Shown in pieces: positions 1 through 8,955 of a stretch of 64,000 nucleotides of DNA. A program made the translations under genes and the position numbers. Position 1 is the stretch's first letter; each line of letters opens with the position of its first letter. Below the pieces are notes generated by a model, which saw nothing but the letters and a program-made list of their open reading frames with translations, was not told where the DNA came from and did no database searches. The stretch is from an uncultured bacterium (GTDB lineage: Bacteria; Patescibacteriota; Doudnabacteria; UBA920): contig CAVVMJ010000010.1 of NCBI GenBank assembly GCA_963749445.1, positions 117,738-181,737 on the forward strand. Reading direction: 5' to 3'.

Positions 1-1046
1 AAGGAGCCGGCGCAGGACAGCAGATAATATTTCCACATCCGGTAAAAAACCTCGCTATAATCCTTATTCAGTTCCGGCCACGCGGCCTCAAAATTCCCAA
101 ACCAGGCCATTAAGGTTTTGTCGTAATCCGCGCCAAAATTATGCCAGTCTTCCAAAATGAATAAATTTTCCGAAGCCGCCGCGATTTGCTTGGCCGAAGG
201 CAGCGCGCCATTGGAAAAAATATATTTTTTAACCCAAGGATCAGAGGTCGCGGCCGGACTGGAACTGTTGGAGCCGATGGTATGCAGCAAAAATAATCCG
301 CCATCTTTTAGGCAATTGCGGACAACTTTCATATATGTCCGATGATTTTTTGGGCCCACGTGCTCAACCATCCCCAAAGAAACTATGGCATCGTACTGGC
401 CTTTAAGGTCACGGTAATCCTGCAAATAAAATTCAATGGGCAGGCCTTGGCACATTTGCCTTCCCAACTCCACCTGTAATGACGAAATAGTGATTCCCAC
501 GCAACTAACGCCGTATTTCTCCGCGGCATACTTCATAAAACTGCCCCAGCCGCAGCCAATGTCCAAAACTTTCATACCCGACTTAAGGCCGATTTTGCGG
601 CAGACCAATTCCAGCTTGGCTTCCTGCGCCGCGTCCAAATTTGCCGCGTTTTCCCAAAAACCGCAGGTGTAAGTCATTCGTCTGTCCAACATTTTAGAGT
701 AAAGATTGTTTCCGATGTCGTAGTGCTTAAGCGTAAACGCGGCCTTTTTCTTTTGCAAATTAAAAAAACGGTTCTTAATATAATGAGCCGCCACGGTAAA
801 ATTAATTTTTAATTTATGATTTAAATCCGCGCCCATTAACCTGTGAAAAAACTGGTCAAGCGCCGGACAATCCCACCAGCCTGCCATATAACTTTCCCCC
901 AAACCCAAACTCCCGCGGCTTAAAACCTGCCCATAAAGACGGTCATCGTGCACCATAATATCCCACGGCCTGCCGCCCCCCGGCACAATGTCGGCAAAGG
1001 CCAGCAAATTGGTGATGATTTCCTTTTCTTTTGCATACTTGGACAT
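1..1046 (-). CDS. cfa: Cyclopropane-fatty-acyl-phospholipid synthase (3' end runs off the window)
   Basis: Absent from the ORF track because it is truncated. Manual translation from ATG 1046 gives MSKYAKEKE...GLGESYMAGWWD...HYDIGNNLYSKMLDRRMTYTCG...VLDIGCGWG...SLGMVEHVG...RMWKYYLLSCAG, all typical Cfa motifs. Confidence 0.93.
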   Translation of the reverse strand, partial: MSKYAKEKEIITNLLAFADIVPGGGRPWDIMVHDDRLYGQVLSRGSLGLGESYMAGWWDCPALDQFFHRLMGADLNHKLKINFTVAAHYIKNRFFNLQKKKAAFTLKHYDIGNNLYSKMLDRRMTYTCGFWENAANLDAAQEAKLELVCRKIGLKSGMKVLDIGCGWGSFMKYAAEKYGVSCVGITISSLQVELGRQMCQGLPIEFYLQDYRDLKGQYDAIVSLGMVEHVGPKNHRTYMKVVRNCLKDGGLFLLHTIGSNSSSPAATSDPWVKKYIFSNGALPSAKQIAAASENLFILEDWHNFGADYDKTLMAWFGNFEAAWPELNKDYSEVFYRMWKYYLLSCAGS

Positions 1047-1146
1047 ATCTATGGTAATTTTATCAAGCCGCAACAAAAATGGCAAAAACGGCCGTTCTTT
1101 ACTTTTTCCCAAATTTATTTTATAATACATTTTAGTTGTCTTATCT

Positions 1147-1221
1147 TGGGGCGTAGCCAAGTGGTAAGGCAGGGGCCTTTGGAGCCCCCATTCGAAGGTC
1201 CGAATCCTTCCGCCCCAGCCA
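1147..1221 (+). tRNA. tRNA-Gln(TTG)
   Basis: TGGGGCG acceptor stem, D-arm GCCAAGTGGTAAGGC, anticodon arm GGGGC-CTTTGGA-GCCCC, T-arm GAAGG-TCCGAAT-CCTTC, encoded CCA end. Confidence 0.95.
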
Positions 1222-1233
1222 TCAACCTTCATC

Positions 1234-1265
1234 AAAAAAGCACAGGCGCCTGTGCTTTTTGTTTT
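1234..1265. terminator. Probable bidirectional intrinsic terminator
   Basis: AAAAAAGCACAGG-CG-CCTGTGCTTTTT between the convergent tRNA and PKD gene. Confidence 0.7.
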
Positions 1266-1320
1266 GGCCGATTAATTTGTCTTAAACATCAAACCATTAA
1301 AAATCACACAGCTATTTCTT

Positions 1321-2527
1321 TTATTGGCTTGGCGCGACGTAGAGGTAGGCGGTGCCGGAATTTGAGTAGCCTTTGGTATTGGTAGCCGTGACTTTGACAA
1401 TAAAGCTGTCAGAATATTTATAGGTATGAGTGGCGGAATCAATTGCGGCTATGGTGTCGGCGGAACCGTCACCCCAGGAAATGGTATAGGTTAAAGGTAA
1501 ATTTTGCGGATCGCTTGCGCTGGCCGTAACGGTCACGCTGGTTCCGACTGTCGCGCCGGCAGGCAAAGAAATCGCCGGCGCGGAAAAGCTTGATGTTTGG
1601 AGGCAAAATGACCGTCACCGTGGCCGAACTTGAAGTCGCGTTCCTTTGGCTGTCGGTAACCGTGACGCCCAAAGTGTAAGTACCGGCGGCATAATAAGTA
1701 TGCACCACGGAATTGGCCGTGACCGAATCGGATGGCGAGCCGTCGCTCCAGAAATAAGTGTAAACCAAAGGTAAATTCGGGTCTCCGGAAATGGCGCCAA
1801 ACGTGGCCGTGGTGCTGGCGTAAACGTTGGTCGGCAGGAAAATTTGCGGCGCATAAGAAATAACCGTAGTCGTGGAAGTCGTGGCGGCGGATGAGCCGGC
1901 GGAACCGGAACCCGAATTCGTGGAATTATTTTGGGAACCCGCCCCGCCGAATTGCAAGGTTGGTTGGCCTATGACCCGCGGGTCGTCATTAGTTAAAGTG
2001 CCCAAAGACCCGCTGGCTTTTAACACGGCAAGATCATACTTGTTGGCTTTAATCACTAAATTCCACTTGCCGCCATTAGACAAAAATATGTCCGCGCTAG
2101 GCACACCGATAAGGCCGACCTGGGCGGCATAATAAATTACTCCTTTGTTACTTAACCAACTGCCCCAGGGATGGGCAATGCTCGCGCTATTAATCACGTA
2201 AGTCTGTGCCAAGCCGTAATCGCTTAAGTCGCCCGCAATCACATTGCGCAAAGAATAACCCAAACCCGTAAAAGCCTTATAATTGGCAAAAGGAATTTTA
2301 GTGGTGCCGCTGATAAAATAAATCGTGCTGCCGTCTTTAACCAAACTGGCGTTGGGATACGGATAAAGGTTGGAGGTGGAATCACCCAAAACCTTAGGCT
2401 GGTTTAAAATGTCGGGAAAAGTGAGGGCGGAGGCAAAATGCGGCTCCGCGGCTACTGCCACAACGGCGCAAACCGCCAGAGGAATCAAAGTCCTGGCGCT
2501 TTTGGAAATTTTAAGACGATGATACAT
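1321..2527 (-). CDS. Secreted surface protein with an N-terminal repeat module and two PKD-like domains; frameshift near 1590
   Basis: Signal peptide from ATG 2527 (..LAVCAVVAVAAEPHFASA), a Ser/Thr linker, and PKD motifs YTYFWSDGS..HTY..AGTY and YTISWGDGS..HTY. ORFs 1469..2662 and 1321..1566 join if one A is removed near 1590. Confidence 0.75.
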
Positions 2528-2650
2528 AATTGTTAAATTAGTTTTTATTTCAAAACCGATTCTTAATCTAGCTATATTAATTATAGCAAATAAACGACTG
2601 CCGGTGTAGCGATTTAAAATCCTCCGTAAACATAAATTATTCTGATCAAT

Positions 2651-2686
2651 CAAAAAAAGCACAGCCGCAAGGAAGTGCTTTTTTTG
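2651..2686 (-). terminator. Probable terminator downstream of the pilin
   Basis: AAAAAAAGCAC...GTGCTTTTTTT hairpin with T tracts on both strands. Confidence 0.6.
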
Positions 2687-2724
2687 CTTTATTGACTTTG
2701 TTTGTGCAAAATTTTACGCTAGAA

Positions 2725-3201
2725 TTACTTTATACCGGCCTGAGTCAAGGTGTGATAACCAGCGCTAAGGCTGCCGGTCGTTCCGCCGAGACAGAAACTA
2801 ATCGCGTAACCGTTGGTGAGGGGCCCGGTTGATCCCAAATACTGATAATCGTTGGATCCCGGAGAAGTGCAGACGGGGTTGGTACCATCGGCCGGAGTTG
2901 GGGCCACCGGCATTGTGCCGATATATTTAGGTGTCAGTCCCTGACCGGTCGCAAAATTGCTGTCGCTTAATATCTTCGAACCGGCATGAGCGGCGTCAGA
3001 GGCAGTCGGATAGCTATTGGCGTCATTAAAAAACAACTCCATAGCACTAGCCAGCTGGCGGACATCGGCAATCCTTTTGGCGTCCCTGGCCTTGGCTCGA
3101 GCCGAGTTAAGGGCAAGGAGGACCACGGAAGCCAACAAACCGATGATGGCGATAACGACCAACAATTCAATTAAAGTAAAACCTTTATTTTTGTTTCGCA
3201 T
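2725..3201 (-). CDS. Type IV pilin (prepilin-type N-terminal cleavage/methylation domain)
   Basis: MRNKNKG|FTLIELLVVIAIIGLLASVV class III signal peptide, ARDAKR motif, C-terminal Cys pair. Confidence 0.93.
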   Translation of the reverse strand: MRNKNKGFTLIELLVVIAIIGLLASVVLLALNSARAKARDAKRIADVRQLASAMELFFNDANSYPTASDAAHAGSKILSDSNFATGQGLTPKYIGTMPVAPTPADGTNPVCTSPGSNDYQYLGSTGPLTNGYAISFCLGGTTGSLSAGYHTLTQAGIK

Positions 3202-3219
3202 TGTTTTTTCCCTTAAATA

Positions 3220-3448
3220 CAGGACTTACGTACTGGTTAAATCAATTTTAAATAAGGGATAAATTGGCATCATCGAGTAGAAAATCGAGTAGAAAGTACC
3301 ATATAAGATGCTTGATGATGGATTACAGAAAACCTTGATTCTATTAGCTTTTCTGAAAAATCAAAATCTGACCTTCATCGGTACTTTTGTTAGTCGACTG
3401 CCATATTAACGCTTATTTTAGGCTGAATTTGCCTCTGCGTAAGTCCTA
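3220..3448. mobile_element. 229-bp MITE-like element upstream of the pilin
   Basis: Terminal inverted repeats CAGGACTTACGTA / TGCGTAAGTCCTA (11/13); direct repeat TTAAATA at 3213-3219 and 3449-3455. Confidence 0.75.
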
Positions 3449-3712
3449 TTAAATATTAATAAAGAGTGCAAAAAATATTTACGTCAAAAAAAACTTTTTA
3501 CAAAGCTTTAATTTAACAAGCTCGCTTATGTTTTTAATTATAAGGGAAAATGAGATTCAAAGCAAACAACTTATGCACAACCTTATTTTTTTAAACTATA
3601 AATTTTGATTTTGTCAAAGACTGCCGGGCAAAAAGACTCCCGACTTCATCAACATCCTTGGCCTCAAGGCTGCGGGCAGTCAAGAGGCTTTGTCAGGCAA
3701 ACAACCCAAAAA

Positions 3713-4009
3713 TTAATGGATATCTTCGTGGTTATTCAAACCGCAGCTGACATTTATCGCTATCCGATAATTATCAGCTGGAGGTTGATGAAAGTTCCCC
3801 GCAGCAGAGCTGCGAGGTATCGACTGCATACTGGTTCCATTCCGAGCGAGTCCCAAATAGCAGCTGAGGACGAGTCGAGGAATCTGTTACTAATTTAACA
3901 GACCCCTCCGCTCCTCCTCGGATGCACTCGTCGTCGGTCGGGGTGGAGCACCCCGGAGCCCAAATTTTCGAGGAAATCTATTTGATTATACCTCGAAGAT
4001 TCCCATCAA
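3713..4009. repeat. TTGATGGGCATCTTCG-family element expanded by two nested palindromic elements
   Basis: Ends TTAATGGATATCTTCG / CGAAGATTCCCATCAA; the inner ~3795-3987 segment closely resembles 55562-55797. Confidence 0.8.
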
Positions 4010-4029
4010 GGCTTTTAAGTTCTATTTAA

Positions 4030-6621
4030 TTACTTCATCCGTGAATCATTCGCGGTCATCAGCGGCAGTTTCGGCAAAGCCAAATCGTAACTATTGGCCT
4101 TAACGATAAAACCCGCCTGGCCGCCGTTGTTTAAAAACGTATTCCAATCCGCAATCGGAATTAAGCCGTCCGGCGTTAAAAAATAAACCGTCTTGCCGCT
4201 AAGCAGCCAGCTGCCGCGCGGGTGCGCGCCGCCGGCCGTGACCACCACCTTGCCTGAAGCCGCCAAACCGGAATTGCTTACCGCGGTCACATTATTAAAG
4301 CTAAAACCGAGGCCCAAGAATGCCGGGGCGTTGGAAAACGGGGTCTTGGTATTTTTATAAACGATGGAGATGGTGCCGGCTTCGTTAATCAGCTGGCCGT
4401 TGGCATAAGTAGGGTTGTTTGGCTGCGCAGCTTGCGTGGTAACTGAAATGCTAAGATTGGCGGTGGCCGTGGCGTTATTGCTGGAAACCGTCACGATAAA
4501 ATTGCCTGTGCCCGATGAAGCGCTCGGCGTCCCCGAAATCAATCCGGCGGATGACAGTGCCAAGCCCGTAGGCAGGGAGCCCGAAGTGACAGCATAAATA
4601 TAACTGCCGCTGCCGCCCGTGGCCTGGAGCTGATAACTATAAGACTGATCAAAGACGGCGGCCGGCAGACTCGTAGTCATAAAAGCCAACTGATTTGCGC
4701 CGCCGCTACTGACCGTGACGCTCAAACTGCCGCAGTTTGAACCGCCGGTCTGACAAATGGAGACCGCGCTGTTCCCTACAGCCACGCCGGTCAAATTAAG
4801 CTGTGACCCGCTTAAATTCAAAGTTATGGCGCTGGGATTGGAAATAGTGGAAAGATAATAATTGCCGCTGCCCCCGCTGATGGTGATGCTCTGGCTCTGG
4901 CCAACGGCCAAAACCGGACTGTTGTTGCTAAAACTAACCGCCCCCGTGCTGCCGGAAGCGCCGGCCACGGTTATGGCCATCACCCCGCAAACGGAAGTGT
5001 TATCGCTTTGGCAAACCGTGACGCTGGAGGTTCCGGCATTAAGCCCGGTCACATACAGGGAATTTGACTGCAGCGAGACCGCGGCCGTGGAAGGATTGGT
5101 GTTGCTGGAAATATAATACTTGCCATCACCGCCGGTTATGGCAACTGTCTGGCTCTGGTTTAAGGCGACGTTAACGTTGCTCGGGTTAAAAGTCAGTCCC
5201 CCGCCGGCGCCGTTAACCGTCACGTAAAGTGTGCCGCAAATGGTGCTGGAAGTCTGGCAAACCGTAATCGCGCTGCTGCCGATATTCTGCCCGACCAAAT
5301 AAAGCGAGCTGCCGCTTAAGCTCAAACTGACGATGCTGGCGCTGGTATTGTTGGAAATCGAATAAGTATTGACGCCGTTGGTGGAATAAATGGCAATGCT
5401 CTGGCTTTGGCCCACGGTCATTACCGGGTTGGAAGCGCTAAAACTAATCCCGCCGCTGTTGTTTCCGCTGCCGCTGGAGCCGACCTGCACGTACAAATAA
5501 ACGCAGCCATTGGTACTGCCGCCGGCTTGGCAAATGGTCAACGTGCTTGAGCCGGCCGCGATGGCGTAAACCGTGACACTCTGGCTGGTCTGGCTGCTGA
5601 TGTTGCTCACGCTGGCCGAGACTACGGAGGAATTGGAATTGTTAGTGATAGTTAAGGTGCCGGAACTGTTATTAACAGTGGCGGTGCCGGTATTGCCGGA
5701 TGTCAAGGTCAGCGTGTTCGGGCTGACGGTTATTCCGCCCTGCCCGTTGTTGCCCACGGTTACGTTTACCGTGCCGCAGTAGCTGGCACCGGTCTGGCAA
5801 ATGGACAGCGTGGCGTTTCCGGGCACCCCGCCGGAAAAGTAAAGCGTGGAGCCGGAAATGCTCGGGTTCGTAACCACGTTGGAATTGGAATTGCTGGAAA
5901 TATAGTAAGCGGAAGAGTTGCTGTTGCTCGGGCTGTAAATGGTGATGCTGGTGCTTTGGCCGGCGATGACAACCGGGTTTTGGTTGCTGAAATTTAAAGT
6001 AGTGGAACTGCCACCGTTGACGGACACCAAAATGCTGCCGCACTGGCTGGCGGAAACGGTTGAACATACCGTAATAGTGGCGCTGCCGGTAGCCTGTCCG
6101 GTAATAATAATTGAGTCGCCGCTGGCAAAAGCATTGGCTACCGATGAATTGGAATTATTGGTGACGGAAACATTGCCGCCGCTGGACGGGGAAGCGATGA
6201 CCGTCGCGCTGTTGGGGCTGCTGATGGAAACGCTGGTCTGGCTTAGCGTGAGAGTGCCGGAGATACAACCCGAAGCGCAGCTGCCGGGAGGGATCTGGAC
6301 CGTCGGCGATTGCAGCCCGCTGATTATCACGTAAATTAAAACCGGATTGCTGCTCCCGTCAAAATTAATGGTTTGGGTGGAAGTAAAATTGCCGTTTTGG
6401 TCGGTATTGCCCAAACTGCCGCCGCTGGTCGTAAAAGAGGCCGCGCTTTGCCGCTGGTATAAATAAACCGCGCTATTGGCATTGGCGTTACTGATAGTTA
6501 AAGTGACGGAGTTGCCGCTTGCCGAGGCGTATAAACTTGGCGTGCCTGCCAGGGCCACCCCGGCCAGCCCCCAAAATCCCAAACCCATGCTTAAAAAGAA
6601 CACAATCAATTTTTGTTTCAT
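4030..6621 (-). CDS. Large secreted Ser/Thr/Asn/Gly-rich surface protein with tandem Ig-like repeats, a putative-Ig domain and a C-terminal repeat module
   Basis: Signal peptide; about six ~85-aa repeats each ending in (I/V)C(x5-7)CG/V; a LQATGG..Y..TSGSLPTGLALSS.G.ISGTP putative-Ig motif. Confidence 0.8.
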   Translation of the reverse strand: MKQKLIVFFLSMGLGFWGLAGVALAGTPSLYASASGNSVTLTISNANANSAVYLYQRQSAASFTTSGGSLGNTDQNGNFTSTQTINFDGSSNPVLIYVIISGLQSPTVQIPPGSCASGCISGTLTLSQTSVSISSPNSATVIASPSSGGNVSVTNNSNSSVANAFASGDSIIITGQATGSATITVCSTVSASQCGSILVSVNGGSSTTLNFSNQNPVVIAGQSTSITIYSPSNSNSSAYYISSNSNSNVVTNPSISGSTLYFSGGVPGNATLSICQTGASYCGTVNVTVGNNGQGGITVSPNTLTLTSGNTGTATVNNSSGTLTITNNSNSSVVSASVSNISSQTSQSVTVYAIAAGSSTLTICQAGGSTNGCVYLYVQVGSSGSGNNSGGISFSASNPVMTVGQSQSIAIYSTNGVNTYSISNNTSASIVSLSLSGSSLYLVGQNIGSSAITVCQTSSTICGTLYVTVNGAGGGLTFNPSNVNVALNQSQTVAITGGDGKYYISSNTNPSTAAVSLQSNSLYVTGLNAGTSSVTVCQSDNTSVCGVMAITVAGASGSTGAVSFSNNSPVLAVGQSQSITISGGSGNYYLSTISNPSAITLNLSGSQLNLTGVAVGNSAVSICQTGGSNCGSLSVTVSSGGANQLAFMTTSLPAAVFDQSYSYQLQATGGSGSYIYAVTSGSLPTGLALSSAGLISGTPSASSGTGNFIVTVSSNNATATANLSISVTTQAAQPNNPTYANGQLINEAGTISIVYKNTKTPFSNAPAFLGLGFSFNNVTAVSNSGLAASGKVVVTAGGAHPRGSWLLSGKTVYFLTPDGLIPIADWNTFLNNGGQAGFIVKANSYDLALPKLPLMTANDSRMK

Positions 6622-6781
6622 AAATAAGAGTTAATTTTAATTGATTCCACCCATCAAATCGGACGGAGCTTTACTATTATTATACTATTTTACGCCCAAA
6701 ACCGCAACTTTGGCTCAATTATTTTCATAAACAAAAAAACATAACCGCGGAGCGCTTTTTTGAGTTGCCGATGATTACCAC

Positions 6782-6811
6782 TTTGCTTTATTCACTCGTG
6801 AATAAAGCAAA
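6782..6811. repeat. Isolated near-perfect palindrome
   Basis: TTTGCTTTATTCAC-TC-GTGAATAAAGCAAA. Confidence 0.8.
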
Positions 6812-6961
6812 CCTATTCTACTGCGCACTACGCGATGCGCGGCGCGGCGGATGCCGGTTTTTACCTCTAACCGCATTATTTCCGCATCATCTGTAAACTA
6901 TATCTGTTGCGTTTGCGCGTACGTACGCGTATATTAAACAAATCTTTTGTTACATTTTAAT

Positions 6962-8296
6962 TTATTGCCCCAAAGCGGCAATATCGGATTCGTATTGTTG
7001 AGTTTGCGCGATTACATTATCGCCGTAAAAACGGTAGGCGACGTTGGTGCCGCCGGAAAAATAGCGCATGGCCGCGTTCCATTCCCCCTGTTGGGTATTG
7101 TCCGCGCCGTTAGCTCTTAACTTGATGCCCGCGGCCAAAAACGCGTCGCGGATGTCCCACGGGTTGGCGGTTTTGCCGGTAACGGATGACACCTGGTCTT
7201 TATAACCCATCCAAGTGGAGGGAATAAACTGCGCCGGACCCATGGCCCCGCCCCAGCCGACCTGTTTGCCTTTGCTGTTTTTCATCGGGCAGGAAACCGG
7301 CGTCACGTCCGGGTCCAGACCAAGGTCGGAAGTAATCTGCAAAAACGGCTGGATGTCGCGATTCGGTTTCATCACCACTTTATAACTTTTTTCCGGCGGA
7401 TCCCCGGGACGATTGCAGGTGCCCACGTTTTTGCCCAAATTGGATTCCTGCGTTAAAATCGCCAAAAGGAAAGCCGGTTCCACGCCGGTCTGGGTGGAAA
7501 CAAACTGCGCGATTTTTAAGGCGTTGCCAAAAGTAATTTGAGTGGTAATGCCAAGCAAATCGTAAATCCGGTTTTGGATTTCCGCGGCCCTCCGCTTGGT
7601 ATCGTTTAAGGTAATCTGGTAATCGGACTCTTTACCTTTGGTTTGCTGCAGCAAATCGTTTTGCTGGCCCACGGTATCGCCGAGCTGCTTCTCCTGCAAA
7701 GCCTGGATGGACAGATAATTTTGCGCGTCGCTTTGCTGCTGGGTAAAATCCTGCTCCTGCTGCTGGAGCTGGGTTTTGGTATCCCGGGCCTGGATAAGCA
7801 AAGCTTTTAGATTATCGGATACGGACGCGTAATCCTGGACTTGGGTCAAAATATCCGACAAGCTGCCCTGCTCTACCACGGTATACAAAAACGGTTGGCT
7901 GTCCTGCTCGTTGATGGCGCGCACGGCACCGCCGATTTGCTGCTCCAAAAGTTCGGACTTCAACTGGTTGGCCTGGATGCCCAGCTGGGTATCGGAAATT
8001 TTTTGCGTTAAATCGGCAATTTTTAAATTACTGGCCTGGATTTGCAGCTGCAAACTGGCCTGCTGTTTTTTCAGGCTGTTAAGTTTGTTCTGTAAAGTAT
8101 TTTTTTCGCCCTGGATAACGCTCAGCTGCTGCTGGAACTGATCGATTTCCTGCTGGATGGCCTGCAGCTGCTGCTGAAGCTGCGCCTGGGTGGCCGCGGT
8201 ACTGGAAGCCTCGTCCGCGCGGATAATAACCGGGGCGAATAAAAAAATGCTGATGGATAACAGGACTATTAATTTGGAAGTTGTATTACTGGGCAT
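6962..8296 (-). CDS. Secreted coiled-coil protein with a C-terminal lytic transglycosylase (SLT/MltB-like) domain
   Basis: Signal peptide, Gln-rich coiled coil, catalytic LAILTQESNLG, GAMGPAQFIPSTW, NPWDIRDA. Confidence 0.85.
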   Translation of the reverse strand: MPSNTTSKLIVLLSISIFLFAPVIIRADEASSTAATQAQLQQQLQAIQQEIDQFQQQLSVIQGEKNTLQNKLNSLKKQQASLQLQIQASNLKIADLTQKISDTQLGIQANQLKSELLEQQIGGAVRAINEQDSQPFLYTVVEQGSLSDILTQVQDYASVSDNLKALLIQARDTKTQLQQQEQDFTQQQSDAQNYLSIQALQEKQLGDTVGQQNDLLQQTKGKESDYQITLNDTKRRAAEIQNRIYDLLGITTQITFGNALKIAQFVSTQTGVEPAFLLAILTQESNLGKNVGTCNRPGDPPEKSYKVVMKPNRDIQPFLQITSDLGLDPDVTPVSCPMKNSKGKQVGWGGAMGPAQFIPSTWMGYKDQVSSVTGKTANPWDIRDAFLAAGIKLRANGADNTQQGEWNAAMRYFSGGTNVAYRFYGDNVIAQTQQYESDIAALGQ

Positions 8297-8338
8297 CTTT
8301 CACATTATACCATTTTTTGCTATGATTTACCTATATAG

Positions 8339-8438
8339 TTGATGGGCATCTTCGCGGTACCACAATCGCTAACCGATGGTTATCGGATAGCGATAAATCC
8401 AGATCAAGAGGTTAAATAACCACGAAGAGGCCCATTAA
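8339..8438. repeat. 100-bp TTGATGGGCATCTTCG-family element
   Basis: 16-bp inverted ends (TTGATGGGCATCTTCG / CGAAGAGGCCCATTAA). Confidence 0.85.
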
Positions 8439-8462
8439 GACAATTAAACCAGCGAAACAAAT

Positions 8463-8834
8463 ATGGCTGACAAATTGGAGCAGGAAGTAAGCGAATACGC
8501 CAAGCTGGCCAAAGAAAATTCCAATATTGACGTGGCCAGTCTGATGCTGCACGCCCTCAATGAAAAATCCAACAAAGTTTCCTCCAAAATGAAATGGTGG
8601 GTCTACATGTTATCGGTTGGCCTCCCGATGGTCGGTTTCTTATTTGCCGCGTATTATTACTTTTTTAGCGACAAAGATGACGCCCAGCAAGTCGCCAATA
8701 TTTGTATCTTTCTTTCCATCCTCTGCGTGGGCATATTTTGGATAACCGGAAAAATCATGTTGTCAGGAAGCGGCACCAGTTTGAACCAGATAGAACAAAT
8801 CACGCCGCAGGAAATACACGACACCATTCAGTAG
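8463..8834 (+). CDS. Hypothetical membrane protein (2 TM)
   Basis: 123-aa ORF with two hydrophobic segments, filling the gap between genes. Confidence 0.7.
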   Translation: MADKLEQEVSEYAKLAKENSNIDVASLMLHALNEKSNKVSSKMKWWVYMLSVGLPMVGFLFAAYYYFFSDKDDAQQVANICIFLSILCVGIFWITGKIMLSGSGTSLNQIEQITPQEIHDTIQ

Positions 8835-8836
8835 TA

Positions 8837-8942
8837 ATCGCAAATATACAAATTCAAACAAATATACAAATCCGATGTCGGCTGAATTTCCTGTAAGCTA
8901 TAACTCATGGCTATTTGTATATTTGTGTTGATTTGTATATTT
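8837..8942. repeat. Tandem-repeat hairpin (ACAAATAT unit)
   Basis: CAAATATACAAAT..ACAAATATACAAAT / ATTTGTATATTTG..ATTTGTATATTTG; sister copy at 20328-20435. Confidence 0.8.
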
Positions 8943-8955
8943 GAGAACACTACCT

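Noticed and set aside
3612-3700. Structured segment upstream of the pilin, and the GC-rich stretch at 6820-6930, as riboswitch or ncRNA
   Set aside because: Some pairing is possible, but I could not match any known family consensus; an Rfam search is needed.
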